Shown: positions 41,561 to 51,948 of the stretch, piece by piece | Numbering within the stretch: the stretch's first letter is position 1 | How the letters are laid out: each line of letters opens with the position of its first letter | Assembly (NCBI GenBank): GCA_006844705.1 | Contig: SPJS01000197.1 | Span: 17,357 to 81,356, forward strand | Length of the DNA: 64,000 nucleotides | DNA from: Methylococcaceae bacterium | GTDB taxonomy: Bacteria > Pseudomonadota > Gammaproteobacteria > Methylococcales > Methylomonadaceae | Direction of reading: 5' to 3' | The notes under the pieces: generated by a model | Told to the model about the DNA's origin: nothing | Database searches by the model: none | Seen by the model: only the letters and a program-made list of their open reading frames with translations | Made by a program: the position numbers and the translations under genes

Positions 41561-42469
41561 TTATTCGGGGCTTGAACTGGTTATAGATTTCAATCGTTGT
41601 GCGTTATCCTGCATGATGGTTAAAAAATCCCCGGATTCCGGCCGGTTCCCAGCAGGGTTAAATACTATACTCTGTACACCCAAAGATTGCAGTTTGGCAA
41701 CTGTTTTTTCATTCGGATGGTTTTCCCATAACATCCATTTGGCAGGATGTGTTTGCAGTAATGTTGCAAATGCTTGCCATTGTTGGTCATCAGGAAATGT
41801 CCCGGGTTCCCAGTGTACGCTTTTCAGATTCAGTTGATAAGCCCGTTTCAGATACTGATAAACAGGATGAGAACCAATCAGGGGCGCACCTTGTAATGCC
41901 TCTCCGGTTTGTTTTAAAGAGCTGTCGAGCTGTTGCAGGGCATCCTGTAGGGGAATAAATTTTTTGACGAAATCCGCTTTATATTTAGGTCGTTTTTTTG
42001 CTAATGCTTTATAAACAGATTTTGCTTGTAACGCAGCCTGGGAAAAGTCCAGCCAGGTGGTAAAAGCGGTGCCTTTGTGAGAATGTTCACCGCCGGAGCC
42101 ATGATTATGGGTGACGTCCTCTTCCAGCGGAATATAGGCATTACGAAAATCGGAAGAGGTATTGACCAGCTTGAATATCGGCAATGAAACTTTTGGCAGC
42201 CATTTCGCGTAATAGGCACCATTCAACAAAATGAGATCCATTTGCTGCAGTTGGCCTACATTTTCCGCCGTAGGGCTCCAGTAAGCAGGGTCTATGTCGG
42301 CAGGCATGGGCAATAAAATGTCGGCGTGTGGCCCTGCGATCGTCTGTGCAAAATAGTGCAGTGGATAGTTTACAGTCGCTACTTGCAAGGTTGGTGCAGC
42401 GGGCAACTGGCTTGAGAAAAGGCTTCCGGCCATAGCGATGGGAAGCAGGATGCGTTGCAATAAATTCAT
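41561..42469 (-). CDS. ZnuA/TroA-like metal ABC substrate-binding protein (atypical ligands)
   Basis: Signal peptide, DLILLNG, His-rich loop HNHGSGGEHSH, WLD, HPVYQYL. Confidence 0.8.
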   Translation of the reverse strand: MNLLQRILLPIAMAGSLFSSQLPAAPTLQVATVNYPLHYFAQTIAGPHADILLPMPADIDPAYWSPTAENVGQLQQMDLILLNGAYYAKWLPKVSLPIFKLVNTSSDFRNAYIPLEEDVTHNHGSGGEHSHKGTAFTTWLDFSQAALQAKSVYKALAKKRPKYKADFVKKFIPLQDALQQLDSSLKQTGEALQGAPLIGSHPVYQYLKRAYQLNLKSVHWEPGTFPDDQQWQAFATLLQTHPAKWMLWENHPNEKTVAKLQSLGVQSIVFNPAGNRPESGDFLTIMQDNAQRLKSITSSSPE

Positions 42470-42484
42470 TTTTATCGTTGTTGA

Positions 42485-43666
42485 TTATGAAACAAAAAGG
42501 CGGAGTACAATTCCGCTTTGAACATGCTGTAAAGCCAGCAAGCCGAGGGCGCACAAACCTGCACTGAAAAGCAGAATAATGCTGATCTCAGCAGCAATCA
42601 ATTGTATAACGGTTCCCTGGCTACAACCTAAATGAAAAATAGTATTGATCTCGTTTTTTCGTAAACGATAAGACAGGCTGAAGACCAAGCAGATGGCTAA
42701 TAGCATGGCCAGTGCAACAATGAAAACTACAGCATCAATAAAGCTCTTCATTTTAAAGATGGTATTGAGAAGGTCGGAGATGACGTCCTGGGGGCGTACC
42801 AGTTGTTCGGTCTGCTCTGAAGACAGGTAGCGCCCACGCAAAATGGTGGCGGATTTGTTTTCTGTAGGGACAGCAATGATGGCGGTTAGCGGATAGATGG
42901 AGGGATTCCCGTGAAAATGAAAAGAATCCAGGTTGTTGCCGTCAATTTCAGTGTATTGTTTGATTTTGGCCGAGGTGGTCACGCTGTTTTTATTGCGGTT
43001 CAGCAGGGTTTCATTGTCAGTAATGGTGTTCACGTCCTGATGGCCGTGGCCAAGCCCCTGAATCACCCAGGCAGTTTTCAGGTCAACAAAAACAGACTTG
43101 TCATCAACAGAATATGATTTTTTCAAAATGCCGGTAATGGTCATTTTTAGCGGATAAACACCTGCCAGATCAAACAGGTTTTCCGGTGAGGATAAAATTT
43201 TATCTCCGGTCGACAGGCCAAGGCGTTCGGCAACTTCAGCGCCAATCACGCATTCACCCAGCATGGCAAAAAGTCGGCCACTGGAAAGTTCCAGCTGACG
43301 AAAATCAAAATAATCCAGTGACGTGCCGACAATCGGGTGGTCGCCGGATTTGAAGCGCGCATACAATGGAATCGGTAAGGCCATCCCGCTGTGATAAATG
43401 TCTTCAACGGATTGCATTTTGATGCTGTCCGGGCGTTCATCGGCAAAATACAGCGAGTTCATCACCAGATCCAGCGAATTGCCACGCGCTCCAAGTAATA
43501 GCGGGGTGGAGACTGCCCGCGACATTAATTGCTGCTCGCTTTTCATTAACAGCATTTTTAACGCAAGCGGAAGAAACAGAATCAGCGCGATGCAGGTGAC
43601 CAGCGTCAATGTTTTAAAGCGGTTAAAGCTGATATAGCGCCAGGCCAGATAAAAAATGTCATTCAT
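42485..43666 (-). CDS. MacB/FtsX-type ABC permease
   Basis: LAWRYI, large periplasmic loop, three C-terminal TMs with RKNEI...LGCS. Confidence 0.85.
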   Translation of the reverse strand: MNDIFYLAWRYISFNRFKTLTLVTCIALILFLPLALKMLLMKSEQQLMSRAVSTPLLLGARGNSLDLVMNSLYFADERPDSIKMQSVEDIYHSGMALPIPLYARFKSGDHPIVGTSLDYFDFRQLELSSGRLFAMLGECVIGAEVAERLGLSTGDKILSSPENLFDLAGVYPLKMTITGILKKSYSVDDKSVFVDLKTAWVIQGLGHGHQDVNTITDNETLLNRNKNSVTTSAKIKQYTEIDGNNLDSFHFHGNPSIYPLTAIIAVPTENKSATILRGRYLSSEQTEQLVRPQDVISDLLNTIFKMKSFIDAVVFIVALAMLLAICLVFSLSYRLRKNEINTIFHLGCSQGTVIQLIAAEISIILLFSAGLCALGLLALQHVQSGIVLRLFVS

Positions 43667-44334
43667 GCCGAAGCTGCCTGCTGGTAAAACTGTTTGAAGT
43701 CAATCACCCGGTCAAAACGATCCAGCAGTTCATGATCATGCGTGACGGCAATCAGGGTGGCGTCGCGTTTTTCCACGCTGCGGAACAATGCATCCAGAAT
43801 CTTGCTTTTGTTGGCCGGATCAAGATTGCCTGTGGCTTCATCGGCCAAAATCACATCGGGTTCCGGCAGCATGGCGCGGCAAATTGCCACGCGTTGTTTT
43901 TCTCCCTGAGACAAGGACTGGCTGAGTTGCTTGAGTTTATCCGCTATGCCCAATTCATCGGCCAGCTCATCACAACGGTTGCGCACTGAAGCATTGAGTT
44001 TAAGTGCCCGGCTGATACGGAATGGATGTAGGATATTATCGCGTGTATTCAGGTATTCCATCAGTTCAAAATCCTGAAAAATGATTCCGATGCGGCTGAT
44101 GCGAAAGTCGCGGCGTTGAGCATCGGACAATTGGTGGATGCCGACATCATCAATCGATATCTTTCCTTGTTGGGGTACCAGAATGCCGGCCAGCAGTTTC
44201 AGTAAAGACGTTTTGCCGGCACCGCTGGGGCCAATAATGGCGACTTTTTCCGACTGCTGGATGCTTAATTCGGGAATACGTAGCGAAAATCCCTGAGTGG
44301 GATAGGAGAACGACAGGTTGTTTACACTGATCAT
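43663..44334 (-). CDS. ABC transporter ATP-binding protein (LolD/MacB-like)
   Basis: GPSGAGKT, LSQGEKQRVA, ILADEATGNLD, VTHD. Confidence 0.93.
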   Translation of the reverse strand: MISVNNLSFSYPTQGFSLRIPELSIQQSEKVAIIGPSGAGKTSLLKLLAGILVPQQGKISIDDVGIHQLSDAQRRDFRISRIGIIFQDFELMEYLNTRDNILHPFRISRALKLNASVRNRCDELADELGIADKLKQLSQSLSQGEKQRVAICRAMLPEPDVILADEATGNLDPANKSKILDALFRSVEKRDATLIAVTHDHELLDRFDRVIDFKQFYQQAASA

Positions 44335-44343
44335 GAAAGCGGG

Positions 44344-44547
44344 TTAAAGATAATAGCTGTCCTGATTGGACGGTTCGTCATCGTTGGCAGGGTCGCTAGG
44401 AATTTTATGCGCTTCACTGGCCCAGTCGCCAAGATCAATCAGTTTACAACGTTCACTACAGAACGGGCGAAACTCATTGTCTGTTCGCCATTCAGTTTTT
44501 TTATGGCAGGTTGGACAGGAAACGACGGGAGAGGAAGGGGGTGTCAT
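44344..44547 (-). CDS. yacG: DNA gyrase inhibitor YacG
   Basis: CPTC...[19 protein letters not shown]. Confidence 0.95.
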   Translation of the reverse strand: MTPPSSPVVSCPTCHKKTEWRTDNEFRPFCSERCKLIDLGDWASEAHKIPSDPANDDEPSNQDSYYL

Positions 44548-45317
44548 CAGAACATGCAGTTGGTCAGGTAAAACGAAATGTCTTCTGTTATTTGTGATGG
44601 TCGGCTACCATCAGATGAAGGCTTCATAAAGCGAATGGTAAACCGGTGTTTACCGCCACTGATTTCCGCAAAACAGGGAAGCGTTGGGTCAACGCCAACA
44701 CGAATCAATTGAATAGGCTGGCTGCTATCCAGCCCCATTTGAAAAAAACCGGCTGTGGCTTGCTTTTGTTGCGGGACGCTGCTTTGTCTGACGAAATTTA
44801 AGACCAGGTCAATGGCAGTTTGAATTTTTGTAAAAGGCTGGGTCCAGCGTTCAAGATCCACCATTTTTTCTGCATCGCTTTGTTCCAGCCAGTAATGAAA
44901 TGCAGGTAAATCAAAAGAGCAACTGCCACCAGGAATGGAGCTGCGTTGAGCAATGCTCTGGAACAGGTCACTTTCCATGACATTGATACCGATTTTCCCA
45001 TTTGCCTGGTGTAATTCGTTTTTGACCTGATGCAGTTGCACCAGAATGTCTTCAAGTTTGCTGCTATCCACCCCCTGGTTATCAGCCAGTTGGCCGAGCG
45101 CCTTGATAATACGATCCAGTTCTTTAAGTAATTCTGATTTTAAGTCATTGCGGCTGAAAATCTGTAGAATCTCAAGTAATACCGAAATCGCGGCGCGATT
45201 GTCATATACGGAAGCGCCGGCTAAAAAATGGCTTAATTGCATAAAAAGCAGTTCAAGCCGCATAAAAACACGAATCCGTTCATTTAGCGGGAATTCATAA
45301 GTGGTCAGTGTATTCAA
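44547..45317 (-). CDS. zapD: Cell division protein ZapD
   Basis: [44 protein letters not shown]. Confidence 0.94.
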   Translation of the reverse strand: MNTLTTYEFPLNERIRVFMRLELLFMQLSHFLAGASVYDNRAAISVLLEILQIFSRNDLKSELLKELDRIIKALGQLADNQGVDSSKLEDILVQLHQVKNELHQANGKIGINVMESDLFQSIAQRSSIPGGSCSFDLPAFHYWLEQSDAEKMVDLERWTQPFTKIQTAIDLVLNFVRQSSVPQQKQATAGFFQMGLDSSQPIQLIRVGVDPTLPCFAEISGGKHRFTIRFMKPSSDGSRPSQITEDISFYLTNCMF

Positions 45318-45434
45318 ACCGGGTGTGTCCTGAGGTTAGCTCAATTTATCGAATGTCCAGCACTTTAATGGGAAGCGATTTGCTTTTTGTCCCGGCGTTG
45401 AAACAAAAAATCTGCTGACAAACAACGCCACAAA

Positions 45435-46031
45435 CTAAGACAGGTTTAAATACTGATTGTGCAGTTTTTTTACCTGTTCTGCAAGTGAATCCAGAGAATC
45501 ACTATTATCAATAATGTCATCGGCTTGAGATAGCCGTTGTTTGCGTGAAACCTGACTGGCAATAATACTGTCGATACGTGCATCAGATAGCTGGTCACGC
45601 TGCCTTACTCGCTGCCGTTGTTGCGCTTCTGGGCAATCTATAACGAGTACACGGTCAACCAGACGGGTCTGTTTTGTTTCAAGCAATAATGGAATACTTA
45701 AAATGCAATAGGGATGCTGATGCCCCAAGGTTTTTACGTGTTCATCTATGCGTTGATAAATGAGCGGATGCATGATGGATTCCAACAGTTTTTTTTGTTG
45801 CGGGCTTGAGAAGACCTGGTCGCGTAAAAAGGCGCGATTTAATTGCCCATTGCTTTGTAATATATGGGTGCCAAACCTATCTTTTAATATGTCTAATACC
45901 GGTTGGCCAGGTTCAACACACTGATGAGCAATGACATCAGCATCGATGACAGGAATGTTTAATTGTTCAAACAATCGGGTCACGGTTGTTTTGCCGCAGC
46001 CTATGCCGCCAGTTAAACCAATTTTAAGCAT
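45435..46031 (-). CDS. coaE: Dephospho-CoA kinase
   Basis: IGLTGGIGCGKT, DADVIA, HPLI, IPLLLE. Confidence 0.96.
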   Translation of the reverse strand: MLKIGLTGGIGCGKTTVTRLFEQLNIPVIDADVIAHQCVEPGQPVLDILKDRFGTHILQSNGQLNRAFLRDQVFSSPQQKKLLESIMHPLIYQRIDEHVKTLGHQHPYCILSIPLLLETKQTRLVDRVLVIDCPEAQQRQRVRQRDQLSDARIDSIIASQVSRKQRLSQADDIIDNSDSLDSLAEQVKKLHNQYLNLS

Positions 46032-46127
46032 GGGGAGTAAAGGAATAAAGATAATTTAGGTTGAGGTTTAGTGTTAGTGTTAGTTGTATGAATCTTCCAA
46101 TCATTTTCATTAAGGAAAGAATTCATC

Positions 46128-46628
46128 ATGTCATATAAAAACGTTGTTATCACGCTCGCCTTGTGCTTTTCTTCAAGTGCGTAAGCCAATGTCGTTATGT
46201 TAAGTGAGATAGCGCTAGAAACCTACTGGTCAACACTAAAAAAGAGTGGTGCTGTTATGACGCCTACGACTGTAACAGTGCCAGGTGAGAGTCATACCCC
46301 CATATCTACGGCTGAATTTACAGGTATAGAATATTCGGGCATTGGAGGGGTTAAAACAAGCGAAGACGGAGCATTTAATGGCGGCACGACGCTGACAGTT
46401 TCTTATGCCTCGCCTGCGCAAAGTCTTGTGGCAGAATATGGTGATGAAGTCAGTTTTGCATCATCGGGCGTTGCAGAGAAAAATGCGAGTGGCCTGGCTT
46501 ATTATGGGCGCAATTTTTTATTTAAAGCTGGAGAAACTGGGCTTGCAAGGGTTCAGGATGACGCGCAAGACATCTTAGTCTTTTTTGCTATGGTAAGTCA
46601 CCGACCAGAGACAGGTCATCCGGTATAA
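46128..46628 (+). pseudogene. Secreted protein gene with an in-frame stop in the signal peptide
   Basis: AAGGA RBS, ATG 46128 MSYKNVVITLALCFSSSA*ANVVM...; TAA at 46182-46184 is in frame with ORF 46197..46628. Confidence 0.7.
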
Positions 46629-46647
46629 TCTGATCGGTGCTTGCTAT

Positions 46648-47331
46648 TTACATGTGCTCTACAAATGACTTTAAGTCACGTTTTATATTATCTGAAACCT
46701 GGCGGATTTGTTGGCTGAGGTCATTCATTTCTTTGGAGATGACACCAAAACTTTTGCCAGCGTCTCCGGCGCGGGCAGCTTCAACCGAGGCATTCAGTGC
46801 CAGCATTTTTACAGTCAGGTTAATATTGTCTACGTCACTTAATGAGTCTTCCACTTCTTTCGCCAGGTCGCTAATGCCTGCCGATTTGTTATCACTTACT
46901 TTATTTAGTTGGGATTCAAAAAAACTGACTATTTTGTTTAGCGCCGCCAGCAAATCAGTCGCAATGAGTTTTAAAAAGCGTTGCAACGAACTTGATGTTG
47001 CTTGAGTTGCTGTGGGTAAATGTTCACTGAGTCTTGATGATTTTGTCATGAAGTCGCTGATGACTGATTCAATGGAACTCTCATTCTCAGCGCGCTTATG
47101 CAGCAATGCATGAAATGATCGGGAGAGGTCTGCGTCATTGGCCACTTTATCGACAATGAGTTGGTAACTGGTGTGGAAATTGGTACTGGTTTTTTCCAGT
47201 TCATCACTAAACCAAGGGTCAGGGGATGAAGAATGACTCACAAACGATAAAAGCATGCCGGAGCGATGGGAAAGCATGCGTAACCGCCCACTCTGATTAA
47301 TTAAGTCACTGATTTCACTTTCTTTCAACAT
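46648..47331 (-). CDS. Soluble mini-chemoreceptor with NarX/PilJ-like N-terminal domain
   Basis: INQSGRLRMLSHR P-box-like motif; C-terminal LALNASVEAARAGDAGKSFGV; no TM segment. Confidence 0.8.
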   Translation of the reverse strand: MLKESEISDLINQSGRLRMLSHRSGMLLSFVSHSSSPDPWFSDELEKTSTNFHTSYQLIVDKVANDADLSRSFHALLHKRAENESSIESVISDFMTKSSRLSEHLPTATQATSSSLQRFLKLIATDLLAALNKIVSFFESQLNKVSDNKSAGISDLAKEVEDSLSDVDNINLTVKMLALNASVEAARAGDAGKSFGVISKEMNDLSQQIRQVSDNIKRDLKSFVEHM

Positions 47332-47371
47332 GATAGGCCAGTTGTATAATGGTTAAAACAGCGTTGTGTGT

Positions 47372-48244
47372 TTATAAAGCAAGAAAATCTAAATAATAAT
47401 TATTAATTTGTTCGCCCCATAACAAAGCCAGCCAGCCGGCGGCGGCCAGGTATGGCCCATACGGAATAGGGATATTGCGATCATGTTGGGTGAGTAATAC
47501 CATGCTGATGCCAATGGTTGCCCCCACCAGGGATGATAACAAGATGATAAGGACAATGTAATGCCAGCCCAACCAGGCACCGAACATGGCTAACAGCTTA
47601 AAATCACCAAATCCCATGCCTTCTTTTCCGGTCAGCAATTTAAATCCCATGTACACCGACCATAAACTTAGATAACCGGCGATGGCACCGATAATACTGG
47701 CGTCAGTGTCGGTAAATACATCGAATAAACTGAGAAATATACCTAGCCAAAGAAGAGGCAGCGTCATTGAGTCGGGTAATAATTGATGATCAATATCAAT
47801 AAAGCTTAAGGCAATTAGGCACCAGGTTAAGAGCAGGGCAAAACACATGTCAACGCCATAGCCAAATTGCCAGGCAACCATGGCAGAACAGATGGCTGTC
47901 AAGGCTTCGATGAGGGGGTAGCGAGGGGATATGGGGGTGCCACAATGCGCACAGGCACCTTTTAGAAAAAGATAGCTGAGCACGGGGATATTTTGTTGTG
48001 GCAGGATTTGTGTATTGCAGTGAGGGCAGCTGGAGTGTGGGAGAAAAAGGTTAAATGTTTCTTGTTCTGGATCTGGTGCTAGTTCAAGGTATTCCAGACA
48101 CTCCTTGCGCCAGTTCCGGTTCATCATGATGGGCAAGCGATAAATGACAACATTTAGAAAACTGCCTACCATCAAACTAAAGATAAACGTCAGACTGATT
48201 AATAGTGTCGGTGATTCTTGGAGTAAATCTAATATCGGTTGCAT
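47372..48244 (-). CDS. pilD: Prepilin peptidase/N-methyltransferase
   Basis: GSFLNVVIYRLP, two CxxC pairs, IDIDHQLLPD, GMGFGDFKL, PYGPYLA. Confidence 0.96.
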   Translation of the reverse strand: MQPILDLLQESPTLLISLTFIFSLMVGSFLNVVIYRLPIMMNRNWRKECLEYLELAPDPEQETFNLFLPHSSCPHCNTQILPQQNIPVLSYLFLKGACAHCGTPISPRYPLIEALTAICSAMVAWQFGYGVDMCFALLLTWCLIALSFIDIDHQLLPDSMTLPLLWLGIFLSLFDVFTDTDASIIGAIAGYLSLWSVYMGFKLLTGKEGMGFGDFKLLAMFGAWLGWHYIVLIILLSSLVGATIGISMVLLTQHDRNIPIPYGPYLAAAGWLALLWGEQINNYYLDFLAL

Positions 48245-48434
48245 GAAAAGTGTACGTGTTTTTTGATTAACCCGGATAATCTATCAGGGCGATGAGCAAC
48301 TGGGACATTTGAAAAAAACAGTGCTTTCAGTCACCTGGGAACACTGTTTTTAAAATAGTTACATAGTCGGAAGCTTTTTGTTTCCACTATGTATAGCGTA
48401 GTCGGCTTTCTATTTTTATGGACAAGATTAACTG

Positions 48435-49661
48435 TTAACCGATGGCGGCACCCATTTTGAAGATAGGCAGATACATTGCTACAATCAGGCCCCCAACAAG
48501 TATTCCAAGCACAGACATGATAAGGGGCTCCATCAGGCTGCTAAGGTTGTCGACCAGGTTATCGACTTCTTCCTCGTAAAAATCTGCAACCTTATCCAAC
48601 ATGGCATCAATGGAGCCGGATTCTTCACCAATGGCGACCATCTGGATGACCATGTGGGGGAAAATGCCTGTCTGGGCCATGGAGAATTGTAGCTGTTGAC
48701 CCGTTGCGATGTCTTCTTTCATCTGCATGACACCTTCGTAAAACACCACGTTGCCACAAGCGCCTGCAACAGAGTTTAATGCTTCTACAAGGGGGACGCC
48801 GGCGGCAGACATGGTTGACAGCGTGCGTGAAAAACGGGCAATTGCGGATTTGTCCAATATCGTTCCAACAACTGGAATTTTTAGCATGGACCTATCAAGG
48901 AAATGATTAAAGGCCCGAGAGCGTTTTTTGAAGAAGTTAAATGTATATACTGTACTGAAAACACCACCCAGAACTGCCCACCACCACTGTTGAAGCCATT
49001 CAGAGAGCGTGATAACAAATTTGGTAAATGAGGGTAAATCAGCGCCAAAGCCTTTAAACAGGTCTTCAAAAACCGGTACAACGAAAATCAATAAAATCGC
49101 GGTTACGATGAAGGCCACAACGAGAACCGCGATGGGATAGGTTAATGCCTTCTTTACTTTCTTCTTGATGGACTCGGATTTTTCTTTATAAGTGGCAATT
49201 TTATCCAGCAAGGACTCCAGTACACCGGCCTGCTCACCAGCATCGACCAGGTTGCAGAACAAGTCGTCAAAATACAGGTTTTTTCGTCCCAAAGCCTGGG
49301 CCAGCGTATCCCCGCCCTCAATATCAGCTTTAATCGATAATAGCATTTCAGACATGCTTGCATTTTCATGGCCTTTACCGATGATTTCGAAGGATTGAAC
49401 CAATGGAACGCCTGCCTCAAGCATGGTGGCCAGTTGTCGGGAAAATATTGCGATATCGCCTGCAGTTATTTTTTGCGCCCGTTTGCTGAATATGGGCTTG
49501 GGTTTGGGTTTCACTTTGAGGACACGAATGCCCATTTTGCGTAATTCGGCGCGGGCGACAGTTTCACTGTTAGCCGTGAGTTCGCCTTTGGTTTTATTAC
49601 GTTGTTTGTCGAAACCTTCCCAGATGAAGTCGGTTGGTTGATCTGCGGTTTTTGCTGCCAT
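48435..49661 (-). CDS. pilC: Type IV pilus platform protein
   Basis: FSRQLATMLEAGVPL, AGEQAG, KKALTYP, IGEESG, MYLPIF. Confidence 0.95.
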   Translation of the reverse strand: MAAKTADQPTDFIWEGFDKQRNKTKGELTANSETVARAELRKMGIRVLKVKPKPKPIFSKRAQKITAGDIAIFSRQLATMLEAGVPLVQSFEIIGKGHENASMSEMLLSIKADIEGGDTLAQALGRKNLYFDDLFCNLVDAGEQAGVLESLLDKIATYKEKSESIKKKVKKALTYPIAVLVVAFIVTAILLIFVVPVFEDLFKGFGADLPSFTKFVITLSEWLQQWWWAVLGGVFSTVYTFNFFKKRSRAFNHFLDRSMLKIPVVGTILDKSAIARFSRTLSTMSAAGVPLVEALNSVAGACGNVVFYEGVMQMKEDIATGQQLQFSMAQTGIFPHMVIQMVAIGEESGSIDAMLDKVADFYEEEVDNLVDNLSSLMEPLIMSVLGILVGGLIVAMYLPIFKMGAAIG

Positions 49662-49663
49662 AA

Positions 49664-51376
49664 TTATTCTTTGGTTACTCGGTCAATTTCTTCCAGTGTT
49701 GTGATTCCCTGCTTTACTTTTAGCAAACCGGAAGTTCTTAAGTCGTTAGTGCCTTCACTTTTAGATAGTTCAGCCATTTCCATGGCATTGCCACCTCTGA
49801 GTATTAAGGCACGCATGTTTTCAGAAATGGGCATGACCTGATAAATACCGACCCGCCCCTTATAGCCTCCATTGCAATGTTCACATCCATCATGTGAATA
49901 AATTTTAAGCTCAGGAAGCTCTTCTTTCTTGAACCCAGCTTCCAAATATACATTTTCGGGGTAATCAGCCGGTTTTTTGCAATGTTCACATAGTCGGCGC
50001 GCCAGTCTTTGCGCCATGATCAAGTTGACAGCGGAGACAATGTTAAAAGGTTCTATACCCATTTGCACCAGGCGGTTAATGGTTTGTGGTGCATCGTTGG
50101 TATGCAGCGTGGACAACACAAGGTGACCGGTTTGCGCGGCCTTCACCGCGATGCCGGCTGTTTCCAGGTCACGAATTTCACCCACCATGATGATGTCAGG
50201 ATCTTGCCTCAAAAAGGCTTTAAGTGCTTCTGCAAAGGAGAGTCCTGCTTTGGGGTTGACATTAACCTGATTGATACCTTCCACGGTGATCTCTACAGGG
50301 TCTTCAGCGGTTGAAATATTGCGTTCTGTGCTGTTTAGAATGTTTAGACTGGTATACAGGGAAACTGTTTTACCACTGCCTGTCGGGCCAGTAACCAATA
50401 CCATGCCATAAGGTTTATGGATGGCATCCAGCAATAACTTCTGTTGCTCAGGTTCAAACCCCAGCTTTTCAATCCCAAGTTGGGCGTTAGTCGGGTCTAA
50501 AATACGCAGGACGACTTTCTCGCCAAACAGCGTTGGGCAGGTATTGACCCGGAAGTCAATCGCACGGTTTCGAGATAGCTGCATTTTGATTCTGCCGTCC
50601 TGGGGGACACGGCGCTCGGCAATATCCATTTTCGACATGACTTTCAGACGTGAAATAATGCGATTGGATATATTGGAAGGAGGTGATGCAGCTTCATATA
50701 ATATACCGTCTCCCCTAAAGCGAATTCTGAATTTTTTCTCAAAGGGTTCAAGGTGTATATCAGAAACCCCTTTTTTAATGGCATCCAGCAAGATTTTGTT
50801 TACAAAGCGGACTATGGGGGCGTCATCAACATCAGAACTGGTGTCTTCCTGGGGCAGTTCATCTTCGCCGGACGAGATGTCGATATTATCCAGGTCCTCA
50901 TCCAGCAGGTCGGTCATTGACGTGTCTGCCGCTTCCAGTGAAGATTCAATTGCTTTATTGAGTTTATCTTCTTCAACCAGAATGTTTTCAGTATTTAAGC
51001 GAGTCTGGAATTTAACCTCGTCCAGTGCCTGAAAATTAGTTGGGTCTGATGTGGCTATGAATAAGCGGTTGCCCCTTTTATATACAGGAAGAATGTGGTG
51101 TTTGCGGATCAGCTTTTCACTGACTAATTTTACAGGTACACTTTGTAATTCAATCGCATCCAGGTCTAGAAATGGCAGGCCAAACTCGGTCGATGCCAGG
51201 CTGGCAATAGTCTTACTGTCTATTTTTAGGTCGTTAACCAGATGACTGATCAGTGACACTTTTTTGTCTAAAGCTGTCTGAATAGCAATCTGTGCCGATT
51301 CTTCATCAAGAAGACCTTGAGAGATCAGGCACCGGGTTAAGCCTCCAAATTGTAAATCACTCGCTACAGATGACAT
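49664..51376 (-). CDS. pilB: Type IV pilus assembly ATPase
   Basis: SDIHLEP, GPTGSGKT, LRQDPDIIMVGEIRD, TLHTNDA, zinc-binding CxxC pairs. Confidence 0.96.
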   Translation of the reverse strand: MSSVASDLQFGGLTRCLISQGLLDEESAQIAIQTALDKKVSLISHLVNDLKIDSKTIASLASTEFGLPFLDLDAIELQSVPVKLVSEKLIRKHHILPVYKRGNRLFIATSDPTNFQALDEVKFQTRLNTENILVEEDKLNKAIESSLEAADTSMTDLLDEDLDNIDISSGEDELPQEDTSSDVDDAPIVRFVNKILLDAIKKGVSDIHLEPFEKKFRIRFRGDGILYEAASPPSNISNRIISRLKVMSKMDIAERRVPQDGRIKMQLSRNRAIDFRVNTCPTLFGEKVVLRILDPTNAQLGIEKLGFEPEQQKLLLDAIHKPYGMVLVTGPTGSGKTVSLYTSLNILNSTERNISTAEDPVEITVEGINQVNVNPKAGLSFAEALKAFLRQDPDIIMVGEIRDLETAGIAVKAAQTGHLVLSTLHTNDAPQTINRLVQMGIEPFNIVSAVNLIMAQRLARRLCEHCKKPADYPENVYLEAGFKKEELPELKIYSHDGCEHCNGGYKGRVGIYQVMPISENMRALILRGGNAMEMAELSKSEGTNDLRTSGLLKVKQGITTLEEIDRVTKE

Positions 51377-51432
51377 GAATGAAATTTAAGTTGATTTACT
51401 AACAATATAGATGAAGAACGTGTATTGTCTAG

Positions 51433-51590
51433 GAGGCTGTCGGGTTATCGGGTTCGTAGCGAGGCGAGCGGGGCATCGAGGGATTTTTTGATCTTCTGAG
51501 GTGCATAGTGGGGCTGCGTAACGAAAAAGACCGGAAAAATCAGCCGATGTCCCATCGCCGCAGTAGAATTATCCATAATCCTACAGTCTC
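51433..51590. mobile_element. MITE family, full-length copy (158 bp, opposite orientation to the 13945 and 32687 copies)
   Basis: Reverse-complement match to the other copies; flanks CTAG / CTGG. Confidence 0.88.
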
Positions 51591-51815
51591 CTGGCCGGAA
51601 AGAATTGAAAAGTAAGCGATGTATTTGCTTAATGCGGGGGAAATGTCGAATAGCGTCATCGGTTCAAGATGAAAACTTGAGCGATGAGAAATTAGGAATT
51701 AATAGAGCTAAACCGTTAAAGGTTTGTGAAAGGTGGGTATCACTTTCTGAAGGAAAATAAAAGATGCAGCCAAGCATGTATTTTGCGAAATGTATCAGCT
51801 AGAATGAAGCCAAAA

Positions 51816-51892
51816 TGGCGGAGCGGACGGGACTCGAACCCGCGACCCCCGGCGTGACAGGCCGGTATTCTAACCAACTGAACTACCGCTCC
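51816..51892 (-). tRNA. tRNA-Asp(GUC)
   Basis: Reverse complement GGAGCGGTAGTTCAG...CTGTCAC...GTTCGAGT...CCGCTCCGCCA. Confidence 0.97.
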
Positions 51893-51948
51893 GAAAAAGA
51901 AGGGCGTATTATATATATGAGATTTTGATCGTCAAGCATTAATAAGGC

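Noticed and set aside
46182-46184. Recoded stop (Sec/Pyl read-through)
   Set aside because: The codon is TAA, which is not used for Sec or Pyl; a point mutation is simpler
51377-51815. Absence of pilA next to pilB
   Set aside because: pilA location varies among Gammaproteobacteria and no pilin remnant is visible, so this is not evidence of loss
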